A stretch of DNA of 62,412 nt from Planctomycetaceae bacterium. GTDB taxonomy: Bacteria > Planctomycetota > Phycisphaerae > Tepidisphaerales > Tepidisphaeraceae. The notes under the pieces are model-generated. The model had not been told where the DNA came from, searched no databases, and saw only the letters and a program-made list of their open reading frames with translations. The DNA lies in the NCBI GenBank assembly GCA_044464175.1, contig JBIQLO010000001.1, positions 1 to 62,412 on the forward strand, in the 5' to 3' direction. Positions within the stretch are counted from its first letter, which is position 1; each line of letters begins with the position of its first letter. Of the stretch, positions 27,412 to 34,984 are shown one piece after another. Position numbers and translations under genes: made by a program.

Positions 27412-29622
27412 TTACAGAAAAATCAACAACAAAATCACCGCGATGCCGAACAGCATGGTCACCGCATATCCCTGCAGGTAGCCGCGTTGGGTGGTGCGGC
27501 GGAGAATCAGGCCCGAGCCCTTGGGGATGAGCGTCACCAGGGCGACCAGGCCGTCGATGACCAGGCGGTCGAACAGGTAAAACGCTCGGCCCAACGACCG
27601 CAGCGGCTCGACGATCCCCTGCTGGTAAATCTCATCCACCCAGTACTTGTGATCCAGCACGCTGGCCGCGCCCCGGAAGGCGCCCAGCAGCCGGTCGGCC
27701 ATCTTGCGGTCGGCCAGATGCAACCACCACGCCACCAGGATGCCGGCAATGGCGATCAAGCCGCTGATGATCATGGGGGTCAGGTGGATGACATGCTCCC
27801 CTTCCTGCCCAAAGCGGGTCGCCTCGGCGGCCACGCCCACTGCCTGAGCGTGCAGGAAGCCCAGCCCGAAGGAGGGGCTTTGCCCCAGGAAATCGGCCAA
27901 CCACTCGCCGGGGAAGTTGATGTAGCCGACAAAGATCGCGCCCAGGGCCAGAATGACCAGCGGGAAGATCATCAAAAACGGCTCATGGCTGTGATGGCCG
28001 TGGTCGCCATGATCATCGTGCCCGCCATGGTGCGCCGGCGCGTGATGGGCCTGGCCCACATCGACCCCCGAGGCCGGGGCCGTATGCGTGTCAATCGCCG
28101 ACTCGCTGGCGGATGCGTGTTCCAGCGGCTCGTGCCCATGCCCGTGGGCCGGGGCCGGGGCGGCGGGAATCACTTCCGGCCCTTCAAAGACGCGGAAATA
28201 AAGCCGGAAGGTGTAGTAGGCGGTCAGAAAGGCCGTGAACAGAATCGCGATGCCCAGGATCAGGCTCCGGTGCAGGGACGCCACCACGATTTCATCCTTG
28301 GACCAGTAGCCGCTGAAGAACGGGAAGCCGGCCAGCGCCAGACACCCGGCCAGGATCAGCCAGCGCGTCCAGGGGAGGACGCGCTTGAGACCCGACATCT
28401 TCCGCAAATCCAGCTCCCCCGCCATCGCGTGCATCACCACGCCGCAGCACAGGAACAGCAGCGCCTTGAAAAAGGCGTGCGTGATCAGGTGGAACACCCC
28501 GGCGACGGGCGCCAGGCAACCGACCGCCGTGAACATGAACCCGAGCTGGCTGATGGTCGAATAAGCGAAAATTTTCTTCAGGTCGAACTGCCGCATGGCG
28601 ATGGTTGCCGCGAACAGGGCCGTGAAGCAGCCGATGATGGCGACCACCAGCATGGCCGCCTCATTGCCCACGAAGAGGGTGGAGCAGCGCACGATCATGT
28701 AAACGCCCGCCGTCACCATCGTGGCGGCGTGAATCAGGGCGCTGACCGGCGTGGGGCCTTCCATCGCGTCGGGCAACCAGACATACAGTGGAAACTGGGC
28801 GCTTTTGCCGAAGGCGCCCACCATCAGGAGGAACGGAATCCACCCCATCGCCACTTCCTGAAAGTGGGTCAGGTTGCCGCCGGCGGCTTGAATCAGCGCA
28901 CCCGGATGCGAGGCATCGCCGAAGTAGCTGACCGTCCCGAAGGCCAGGAAAATCAGCATGATGCCGATGCCGAAGCAGAAATCGCCGACGCGGTTGACCA
29001 GAAACGCCTTCTTGGCCGCCTCACGGGCGCTGGGTTTGTCGTAGTAGTAGCCAATGAGCAGGTAGGAACAAACGCCCACCCCTTCCCACCCCAGGTAGAG
29101 CATCACGAAGTTGTTGGCCAGCACCAGGCAGGTCATCGAGAAGATGAACAGCCCCAGGTAGGCGAAGAACCGGAAATACCCCTCCTCTCCGGCCATGTAC
29201 CCGGCCGAGAAGATCATGATGAAAAACCCGACGAACGTCACCACCGTCAGCATGATCGCCGTCAGCGGGTCGATCCAGGAGCCGGCCTCAGCGCCGAAAT
29301 GCCCGGCCGTGATCCAGTGCCACCAGGTCGTGGAGTACGAGAGCGGATACTGCCCCTTCACCGCAGTCAGCCCCCCCGCCGCCAGCGCCTCGGCCGACAC
29401 ATGCTCGGTCCCGGCCGCCTCGGCGTGGTGCCGGTGCTCGGCCGCCCGCGAGATCATCCCCACCAGAAGCACGATCGCCAGCGCAGCGCTGGCCCCCACG
29501 CCGATCCAGATCGGCCAGTGCGACTGCTGCTTGAGCCACTTGGCGCCCAAAAACCCCGCCATCAGCGCCCCCACCAGCGGCAGCAGCGGAATCAGCCAGG
29601 AATAGTGAATGACAAAATCCAT
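27412..29622 (-). CDS. nuoL: NADH-quinone oxidoreductase subunit L, with a His-rich insertion
   Basis: Antiporter-like subunit. ATG at 29622 (MDFVIHYSWLIPLLPL); the upstream ORF-track extension is hairpin-encoded. The insertion is HGHGHEPLEH...HHAPAHHGGHDDHGDHGHHSHE. Confidence 0.9.
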   Translation of the reverse strand: MDFVIHYSWLIPLLPLVGALMAGFLGAKWLKQQSHWPIWIGVGASAALAIVLLVGMISRAAEHRHHAEAAGTEHVSAEALAAGGLTAVKGQYPLSYSTTWWHWITAGHFGAEAGSWIDPLTAIMLTVVTFVGFFIMIFSAGYMAGEEGYFRFFAYLGLFIFSMTCLVLANNFVMLYLGWEGVGVCSYLLIGYYYDKPSAREAAKKAFLVNRVGDFCFGIGIMLIFLAFGTVSYFGDASHPGALIQAAGGNLTHFQEVAMGWIPFLLMVGAFGKSAQFPLYVWLPDAMEGPTPVSALIHAATMVTAGVYMIVRCSTLFVGNEAAMLVVAIIGCFTALFAATIAMRQFDLKKIFAYSTISQLGFMFTAVGCLAPVAGVFHLITHAFFKALLFLCCGVVMHAMAGELDLRKMSGLKRVLPWTRWLILAGCLALAGFPFFSGYWSKDEIVVASLHRSLILGIAILFTAFLTAYYTFRLYFRVFEGPEVIPAAPAPAHGHGHEPLEHASASESAIDTHTAPASGVDVGQAHHAPAHHGGHDDHGDHGHHSHEPFLMIFPLVILALGAIFVGYINFPGEWLADFLGQSPSFGLGFLHAQAVGVAAEATRFGQEGEHVIHLTPMIISGLIAIAGILVAWWLHLADRKMADRLLGAFRGAASVLDHKYWVDEIYQQGIVEPLRSLGRAFYLFDRLVIDGLVALVTLIPKGSGLILRRTTQRGYLQGYAVTMLFGIAVILLLIFL

Positions 29623-29625
29623 GCG

Positions 29626-29700
29626 TCGTTGTCCGTTGTCCGTTGTCCGCTGCCCGGTGTCCGATTTGCTTCCTCGGACCACGGTCCACAGACAACGATC
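29626..29700. repeat. CGTTGTC/GTCCGTG-family hairpin in the nuoL/nuoK spacer
   Basis: Three tandem CGTTGTC units at 29627-29647 are opposed by TCGGACCACGGTCCACAGACAACGA. The outer 8 bp TCGTTGTC/GACAACGA pair perfectly. Confidence 0.8.
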
Positions 29701-29701
29701 C

Positions 29702-30019
29702 TTACCCTTTCAAATCCCGCCACGCGTCGGCGTCCAGCGTGTGCCGCTGCCGGAACAGGAGCACCACCAGGCCCAGGGCCAGCGAGGCCTCGGCCGCCGC
29801 GATCACCAGCACGAAGATCGTGAACGCCTGCCCGGCGAAGTTGTTGTGGTAGCGTGAAAAAGCCACCAGAGACAGCGCCACGCCCTGGAACATCAGCTCC
29901 GTGCACAGAAACAGCACGATCATGTTCCGACGCGTCATGAAGCCGATCAGCCCGATCACAAACAGGATCGCGCCCACCGCCAGATAATGCTGCAATGCCA
30001 AAAGGCTCAGTTGGTTCAT
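29702..30019 (-). CDS. nuoK: NADH-quinone oxidoreductase subunit K
   Basis: About 105 aa with three TM helices. MNQLSLLALQHYLAVGAILFVIGLIGF. ATG at 30019. Confidence 0.9.
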   Translation of the reverse strand: MNQLSLLALQHYLAVGAILFVIGLIGFMTRRNMIVLFLCTELMFQGVALSLVAFSRYHNNFAGQAFTIFVLVIAAAEASLALGLVVLLFRQRHTLDADAWRDLKG

Positions 30020-30027
30020 TCGTCCAT

Positions 30028-30098
30028 CGTGGTTCGTGGTCCGTGGTCCGTGGTCCGAAAGAGTGAATCGGACCACGGACAACGGACGACGGACCACG
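30028..30098. repeat. GTCCGTG-heptamer hairpin in the nuoK/nuoJ spacer
   Basis: CGTGGTTCGTGGTCCGTGGTCCGTGGTCCGA, then a 9-nt loop, then TCGGACCACGGACAACGGACGACGGACCACG. The arms are 31 nt with about 4 mismatches. Confidence 0.9.
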
Positions 30099-30101
30099 TC
30101 C

Positions 30102-30956
30102 TCAAGTCTCCGGATACTCCTTTTGCCGCGGGTTGTCCGTCCCGTAGACCGGAATGCTGTGCGGGTTGTCGTTGATCGGCGTGGCCGGGCCCAACACCGT
30201 CTCCGGCTCCAGCGCCTCGACCATCTCCCCGTCGCCGACGATCTGCCGCCGGGCGATCAGGATCGCCCCGACCATGCTGATGGTCAGGATCACCCCTGCC
30301 AGTTCCAGATTGATCAGTTGATGGTTGAACAGGTAATGCCCCAGCATCTGGGTCGAAAAGGCGGAGTAGGCGACCGATGCCTCGGCCGTGTGTTTGGCCA
30401 GAGCGGTCGGAGCCTTGTCGAAAATCACCAGCAGCAGCACCCCCATCAGGGCGAAGCCCACCGCGCTGGCCACGATCGGCTCGCGGCTGGTGCGGTCATA
30501 CTCCGCCAGCGCCGCCCGCGTGCCGGTCTCCCCGCCGGCCGAGGCCGACGAGGCGAGCATGATGACGAACACATAGGTGATCAGGATCGCCCCGGCGTAG
30601 ATCAGCACCAGCGCCGCGGCCAGAAACTCCGCCCACAGCAGGACAAACAGCCCCGCACTGGAGAGGACCGCCAGCACGAAATAAAGGGCCGAATAGACCG
30701 GCACCGGGTGCGTGATGACCCGCACCGCCGCCACCAGCGTCAGAATCGTGAAGATCCAGAAGTAAACCCCCATCTGCCCCCCGGCGGTGTGGGCCGCGTA
30801 GCGCACCAGGACCGCAAAGAGAATCAGCCCGCTGATCAGCAGCAGCACGCCGCCGAGCTTGGCCACCGCCCCTTCCCGGCGCGACGGCAGCGCCAACACT
30901 GTCCCAATCCCGGCCGCCACGCACAGCACGAGAATCAGCACCGGATATACAATCAC
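30102..30956 (-). CDS. nuoJ: NADH-quinone oxidoreductase subunit J (long form)
   Basis: N-terminal TM region typical of NuoJ, in the position 5' of nuoK. Has a C-terminal extension. Confidence 0.85.
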   Translation of the reverse strand: MIVYPVLILVLCVAAGIGTVLALPSRREGAVAKLGGVLLLISGLILFAVLVRYAAHTAGGQMGVYFWIFTILTLVAAVRVITHPVPVYSALYFVLAVLSSAGLFVLLWAEFLAAALVLIYAGAILITYVFVIMLASSASAGGETGTRAALAEYDRTSREPIVASAVGFALMGVLLLVIFDKAPTALAKHTAEASVAYSAFSTQMLGHYLFNHQLINLELAGVILTISMVGAILIARRQIVGDGEMVEALEPETVLGPATPINDNPHSIPVYGTDNPRQKEYPET

Positions 30957-31188
30957 CTGCTACCTCGTTTCCCATGCCCCGCCGGGCGAATCCCACGATC
31001 CGCGCGGCCGGGTTCGCTAATGAAAGGGCAGAGTCTATGAGTCCATGCCATTGATTGCAAGCCGGGGCGGGCGGGGAATCAGGGTTTTGGAAGTGGAATG
31101 AGGGGTCAGGGCTCGGGGATTTGCGATTTGGAATGAGGGATTGGGACAATCCCGGCCTCCGGTTCGCTCCGGGCCGCGCCAGCGCCGC

Positions 31189-31587
31189 TCAATCCTCCGC
31201 TGGGACGCCCTGATCCGATGGGGCCGCCGGAAGCCGGAACCTCAGGCCCAGGTACTCCACATGCACCGCCTGAATGTCGGCCAAGTCCACGTGTTCGACT
31301 CTGGCGCTAAAAAACCGCTTGTAGGATATTTGGCTCAAATACGCCGCTGATACCCCCGGAACGTCGCGTAATTCAGGCTCTGTCCCAAGTTCCAGCCTGA
31401 TGCGGGCCATTTTGAGGTTTTTTGGGGGAATGAATCGGGATCCGAGGGAAAAATCCGATGGCGCTGTGGCTTGAAAGCGGATCATCTCGAGGTCCACGAT
31501 CACCTCACTGGCCTTCTTCTGCATGATGGACCCCGTGCCCCTCCACCCGTTGACCTCCACGGACACCAATTCTCGAGTCGGGGTCAT
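31189..31587 (-). CDS. Hypothetical protein
   Basis: ORF in an apparently lower-G+C islet. Start is uncertain (ATG at 31587 or 31662). No recognizable motif. Confidence 0.35.
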   Translation of the reverse strand: MTPTRELVSVEVNGWRGTGSIMQKKASEVIVDLEMIRFQATAPSDFSLGSRFIPPKNLKMARIRLELGTEPELRDVPGVSAAYLSQISYKRFFSARVEHVDLADIQAVHVEYLGLRFRLPAAPSDQGVPAED

Positions 31588-31651
31588 GGTCGCTCCATCT
31601 TTGCAGGTGATCGGTGGGCCAATCCTCCCCACCCTACCGACTGGGCAGAAT

Positions 31652-32098
31652 TTACGTGTCATAGTCACCGCTGTCCCACGGCTCAAAAAACGCCATGTAA
31701 TTGCCAGGCTGCATTTCCACGGCCCATACGTCCTCTTCATCCTCCGGCTCACGAACAACTAAGCCAAACTCTATGCCGAAATATTTCACGGAGAACGGAG
31801 CAACTTCCACACGCTCGTAGCTGATGTCACCAAGCTCCGCCAGCCATCGATCACGCAGGTGGACCGCGCCCTCCTCGTCTAATGTCGCTCGCGGGCCCAG
31901 GTTCTCGATCTTCGCCTCAAGTAATTGACCTTCGCTGTCAAACAGATAGAGGGCCAGGAACTCCGCACCAGGTCCATCTATTGCCAAGTCGAAGGGAGTG
32001 GTGAGGATGAATTGGCGGCCATCCTTAATGCGCCCAATATATTGCGCCGCGTCATCGTCATGCTCAATCGCGATCCGACTGGGGGGATTCTCACTCAT
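31652..32098 (-). CDS. Hypothetical acidic cytoplasmic protein
   Basis: 148-aa ORF with balanced, non-repetitive composition, ending ...FFEPWDSGDYDT. No family recognized. Confidence 0.5.
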   Translation of the reverse strand: MSENPPSRIAIEHDDDAAQYIGRIKDGRQFILTTPFDLAIDGPGAEFLALYLFDSEGQLLEAKIENLGPRATLDEEGAVHLRDRWLAELGDISYERVEVAPFSVKYFGIEFGLVVREPEDEEDVWAVEMQPGNYMAFFEPWDSGDYDT

Positions 32099-32146
32099 GA
32101 TATCTCTTTCCTTTTTTCAGTTTCGCAAGGCGCGCAATAGCGTGTC

Positions 32147-32944
32147 CTACGTCACCCGCCACACCCACGGGGCGTGCTGCATCAGATACGTCTCATACCG
32201 CTGGGCCAAGCTGGGGTTGATCGCCGGATCGGATGCAAATTGCGCCGCCAGCCGGCAGTACGTCCATCGCATGTATATGGCATAGGTGCTTTGCGGAAAC
32301 CGCTTCACATACGATTCGATCCCCCGCAATGACTCGGCCAGGTTCTTCGACGACTTCAATTCCGGCAGCAGGTCCATCAGCGGATCGACCCGCGCGGTGT
32401 GACTGACCGAGCTCAGCGCCGCCATCGCCGCCCGCTCGGCCGGATCGTCCACGCAGGCGATGGTCACCGTATTGGAATAGACCACCCCGCTCTGCTGCAG
32501 TTTCAGACGCACTTCGTACCGCTGGCTGGCCTGAAACAGCGGCTGCTGCTGCCGGTTAAAGGTGAACAGTTTGAGAACCATTCCCAGCGAAGACTGGGGC
32601 GGCAACTGGACATACCCCAGCAGCGGCAGAATCGTCCACCAAGTGGGGATATCGCGCCATGCGCCGCCCTTTGCCGGCCGATATTGAACCGTCGCACCGA
32701 CCTCCCGGATACTTACCTGCCCGGCCGTGTTGGGATTCTTCACGGTTGTCGCGAGGAATAATGGCTCAAACGGCAGCAATTGCTTGCGCACCGGTTGAAG
32801 GGTGACCGCCAGCGGCGCCACCGGCCCGGCCGGGCGCCCGTCGCACGCCACGCACAGGCTGCACGCCAGAAGCGTCAGGAGCAGAAAACGGCCGATCTGG
32901 GACCATTCTGATTTCATTCCACGGGTGAATGGCTCCCATCCCAT
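32147..32944 (-). CDS. Hypothetical lipoprotein
   Basis: Candidate lipobox LLTLLAC after a charged N-terminus. Start is ATG 32944 or 32917; the longer track start is unlikely. Confidence 0.5.
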   Translation of the reverse strand: MGWEPFTRGMKSEWSQIGRFLLLTLLACSLCVACDGRPAGPVAPLAVTLQPVRKQLLPFEPLFLATTVKNPNTAGQVSIREVGATVQYRPAKGGAWRDIPTWWTILPLLGYVQLPPQSSLGMVLKLFTFNRQQQPLFQASQRYEVRLKLQQSGVVYSNTVTIACVDDPAERAAMAALSSVSHTARVDPLMDLLPELKSSKNLAESLRGIESYVKRFPQSTYAIYMRWTYCRLAAQFASDPAINPSLAQRYETYLMQHAPWVWRVT

Positions 32945-33091
32945 CGCGGCTCCTCCAGATATGTCCAGAACGGCGGGACCGGAGCGCGAGTTTACCGGGA
33001 TGACTCGGATGGGACAATCAAAAAATGATGCGTACCTGCTGTTCTGTAGACCACAGCGCGACAACGGATGCATGGCCGGCCAAGGCCCCTG

Positions 33092-33775
33092 CTACCCCAT
33101 CATCTCCCCCACCACCCGGTCCAGCTGGCTGTTCAGGTCCGCATCGATTTCCCCGTGGTGGGTGGCCAGGCGGCAGCCGCCGGGGGCGATCGATTCATCG
33201 GCCACCAGCTCGACGTGCTTCAGATTCGGCCATTGGAGCTTCAGATGCGGCAGCTCGCGCTCCAGAATCGCCTTCTGCTCCGGATGCACGGCAATCCGCA
33301 CATCCGAGGCGTGGATCACCAGCGCCATCGCCTCGGTGAGATTGGCGATCAGCACCTGCGGGTCCACCGCCGCCTGACGCTTGAGGATGCGCCGGGCCAG
33401 GGCGATGGCCAGTTCCGCCACCTCGGCCACGGCCGATGCCTCCAACTCCCGCCGCGAGGCGTCGATTTCCGCGGCCGTCGCCGACAGCGTCTGGATCAAC
33501 CCCGCCAGTTCCTGGCGGCACTCGCCCAAAGCGGCGTCGTGCCCGCTGCGCTGGCCCTGAGCCAAGCCGGCGGCCATCCCCTCCTGATGCCCCTGCGTCC
33601 GTCCTTCCTCCACCGCCTCGGCCCGCATCTGCTCCGCCTGGGCCTGCGCCTCGGCCAGCAACTGCTCCGCCTGCGACCGGGCGCGCAGCAAAATCCGCCG
33701 CGCCGCCGCCTCGATGTCGGCAAACGAAAACGGCGTCGCGGCCGCCGGGGCGAGGTTGGATTTGATCAGGCCCAT
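33092..33775 (-). CDS. fliH: Flagellar assembly protein FliH
   Basis: Coiled-coil AEQLLAEAQAQAEQMRAEA region and a C-terminal GGCRLATHHGEIDADLNSQL motif. Positioned after fliG. Confidence 0.8.
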   Translation of the reverse strand: MGLIKSNLAPAAATPFSFADIEAAARRILLRARSQAEQLLAEAQAQAEQMRAEAVEEGRTQGHQEGMAAGLAQGQRSGHDAALGECRQELAGLIQTLSATAAEIDASRRELEASAVAEVAELAIALARRILKRQAAVDPQVLIANLTEAMALVIHASDVRIAVHPEQKAILERELPHLKLQWPNLKHVELVADESIAPGGCRLATHHGEIDADLNSQLDRVVGEMMG

Positions 33776-33799
33776 GATGGAATGGATGCGGATCGACCG

Positions 33800-33865
33800 A
33801 AACGTGAAACATGAAGCGGTTGGGCTGTTTTTTTCATGTCTTCCTGTTTCACGTCTTCACGTCCG
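33800..33865. repeat. Hairpin with GT(T/C)TCAC heptamers in the fliG/fliH spacer
   Basis: CGTGAAACA pairs with TGTTTCACG, and CATGAA pairs with TTCATG, giving alternative registers. Tandem GTTTCAC GTCTTCA units are present. Confidence 0.55.
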
Positions 33866-33866
33866 C

Positions 33867-34883
33867 CTAAACGACCATCTCCTTCTCTCCGCCGCGCCCG
33901 GCAATGATGATTTCGCCGGCATCCTCCAGGCGGCGGACAATGTCCACGATCTTCTGCTGGGCCGCCTCCACATCGCTGACGCGCACGGGGCCCATGTACT
34001 GCATGTCCTCGCCGATCAGCTGGGCGGCGCGTTCGGACATATTCTTGAAAATCTTGTCCTTCAGCTCCTGGCTGGCCGTCTTGAGGGCCAGCGCCAGTTC
34101 CTCGTTGTCCACTTCCTTCAGCACCGACTGAATCCCCTTGTCGTTGACCAGCAGGATGTCCTCGAAGACGAACATGAGCCGGCGAATCTGCTCCACCAGG
34201 TCCGGGTCCTCCGCCTCCAGCCCCTCCATGATCCCCTTCTCCGTCGAGCGGTCGGCCAGGTTGAGAATCTCGGCCACCGTGTCCACGCCCCCGGCCTTCT
34301 CGAAGGTCTGGCTCACGATGTCGCTCAAACGATGCTCCAGCCCGCGCTCCACCTCCTTGATGACCTCCGGGTTGGTCTGCTCCATGTTGGCCACGCGCTT
34401 GACTACCTCCACCTGCTTGGCGCTGGGCAGGCCGACGAGGATTTCCGAGGCCTTCTGGCTGGGCAGGTGCGCCAAAATCAGCGCGATCGTCTGCGGATGC
34501 TCATCCTGAATGAACGTCAGCAGGTTCTCGCTCTCGGCCTTCTGCAAAAACGAGAACGGCGTGGTCTGCACCTGCTGGGTCACCTGCTTGATGACCCGTT
34601 CGGCATCCTGCTCGCTCAGCGACTTTTTTAAGAGGCTCTTGGCGTGCTCCAGCCCCCCCTCGCTCAGGTAGGAGTTGGCCAGGGCCAGGTTGTAAAACTC
34701 CCCAAAGACCTCCTTGCGCGTCGCCAGGGAGATCTCCCCCAGCGAGGCGATCTCGCGCGACACCTCCTCCACCGCCTCGGCCGGAAGGCGCTTGAGCACC
34801 TCCGCCGCCTGGTCCTGCTCCAGCGACAGAAGCAGAATCGCCGCCTTGCGAACGCCCGACATATCCAGTGTGCTCTTGGCCAT
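33867..34883 (-). CDS. fliG: Flagellar motor switch protein FliG
   Basis: 338 aa. VRKAAILLLSLEQDQAAEVLKRL N-terminus and typical C-terminal torque-helix region. Confidence 0.9.
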   Translation of the reverse strand: MAKSTLDMSGVRKAAILLLSLEQDQAAEVLKRLPAEAVEEVSREIASLGEISLATRKEVFGEFYNLALANSYLSEGGLEHAKSLLKKSLSEQDAERVIKQVTQQVQTTPFSFLQKAESENLLTFIQDEHPQTIALILAHLPSQKASEILVGLPSAKQVEVVKRVANMEQTNPEVIKEVERGLEHRLSDIVSQTFEKAGGVDTVAEILNLADRSTEKGIMEGLEAEDPDLVEQIRRLMFVFEDILLVNDKGIQSVLKEVDNEELALALKTASQELKDKIFKNMSERAAQLIGEDMQYMGPVRVSDVEAAQQKIVDIVRRLEDAGEIIIAGRGGEKEMVV

Positions 34884-34914
34884 GAATTAGTTGCCGGTTG
34901 TCGGCATGTAGCAT

Positions 34915-34968
34915 GTAGGGTGGGCTTTAGCCCACCAGGAACGGCCGGTGGGCTAAAGCCCACCCTAC
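34915..34968. repeat. Perfect 22-bp hairpin GTAGGGTGGGCTTTAGCCCACC in the fliF/fliG spacer
   Basis: Arms at 34915-34936 and 34947-34968 are exact reverse complements. Same core as 14611-14668. Confidence 0.95.
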
Positions 34969-34984
34969 GACCGCCTACTCGGCC

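Noticed and set aside
29623-29682. N-terminal ORF extensions beginning MVR.. for nuoL, nuoK (30020-30097), fliE (37114-37188) and flgC (37589-37669), giving RTTDNGQRTTD-like peptides.
   Set aside because: The apparent GTG starts are part of the GTGGTCCG repeat unit. The extensions are encoded wholly by the hairpins. Canonical N-termini with ATG follow immediately downstream.
31137-31153. GGGATTG..CAATCCC mini-hairpin and GGAATGAGGG-type low-complexity sequence upstream of nuoJ as another heptamer element.
   Set aside because: There is only a 7-bp stem, no tandem heptamer periodicity and no opposing arm of comparable length. It is treated as ordinary promoter-region sequence.
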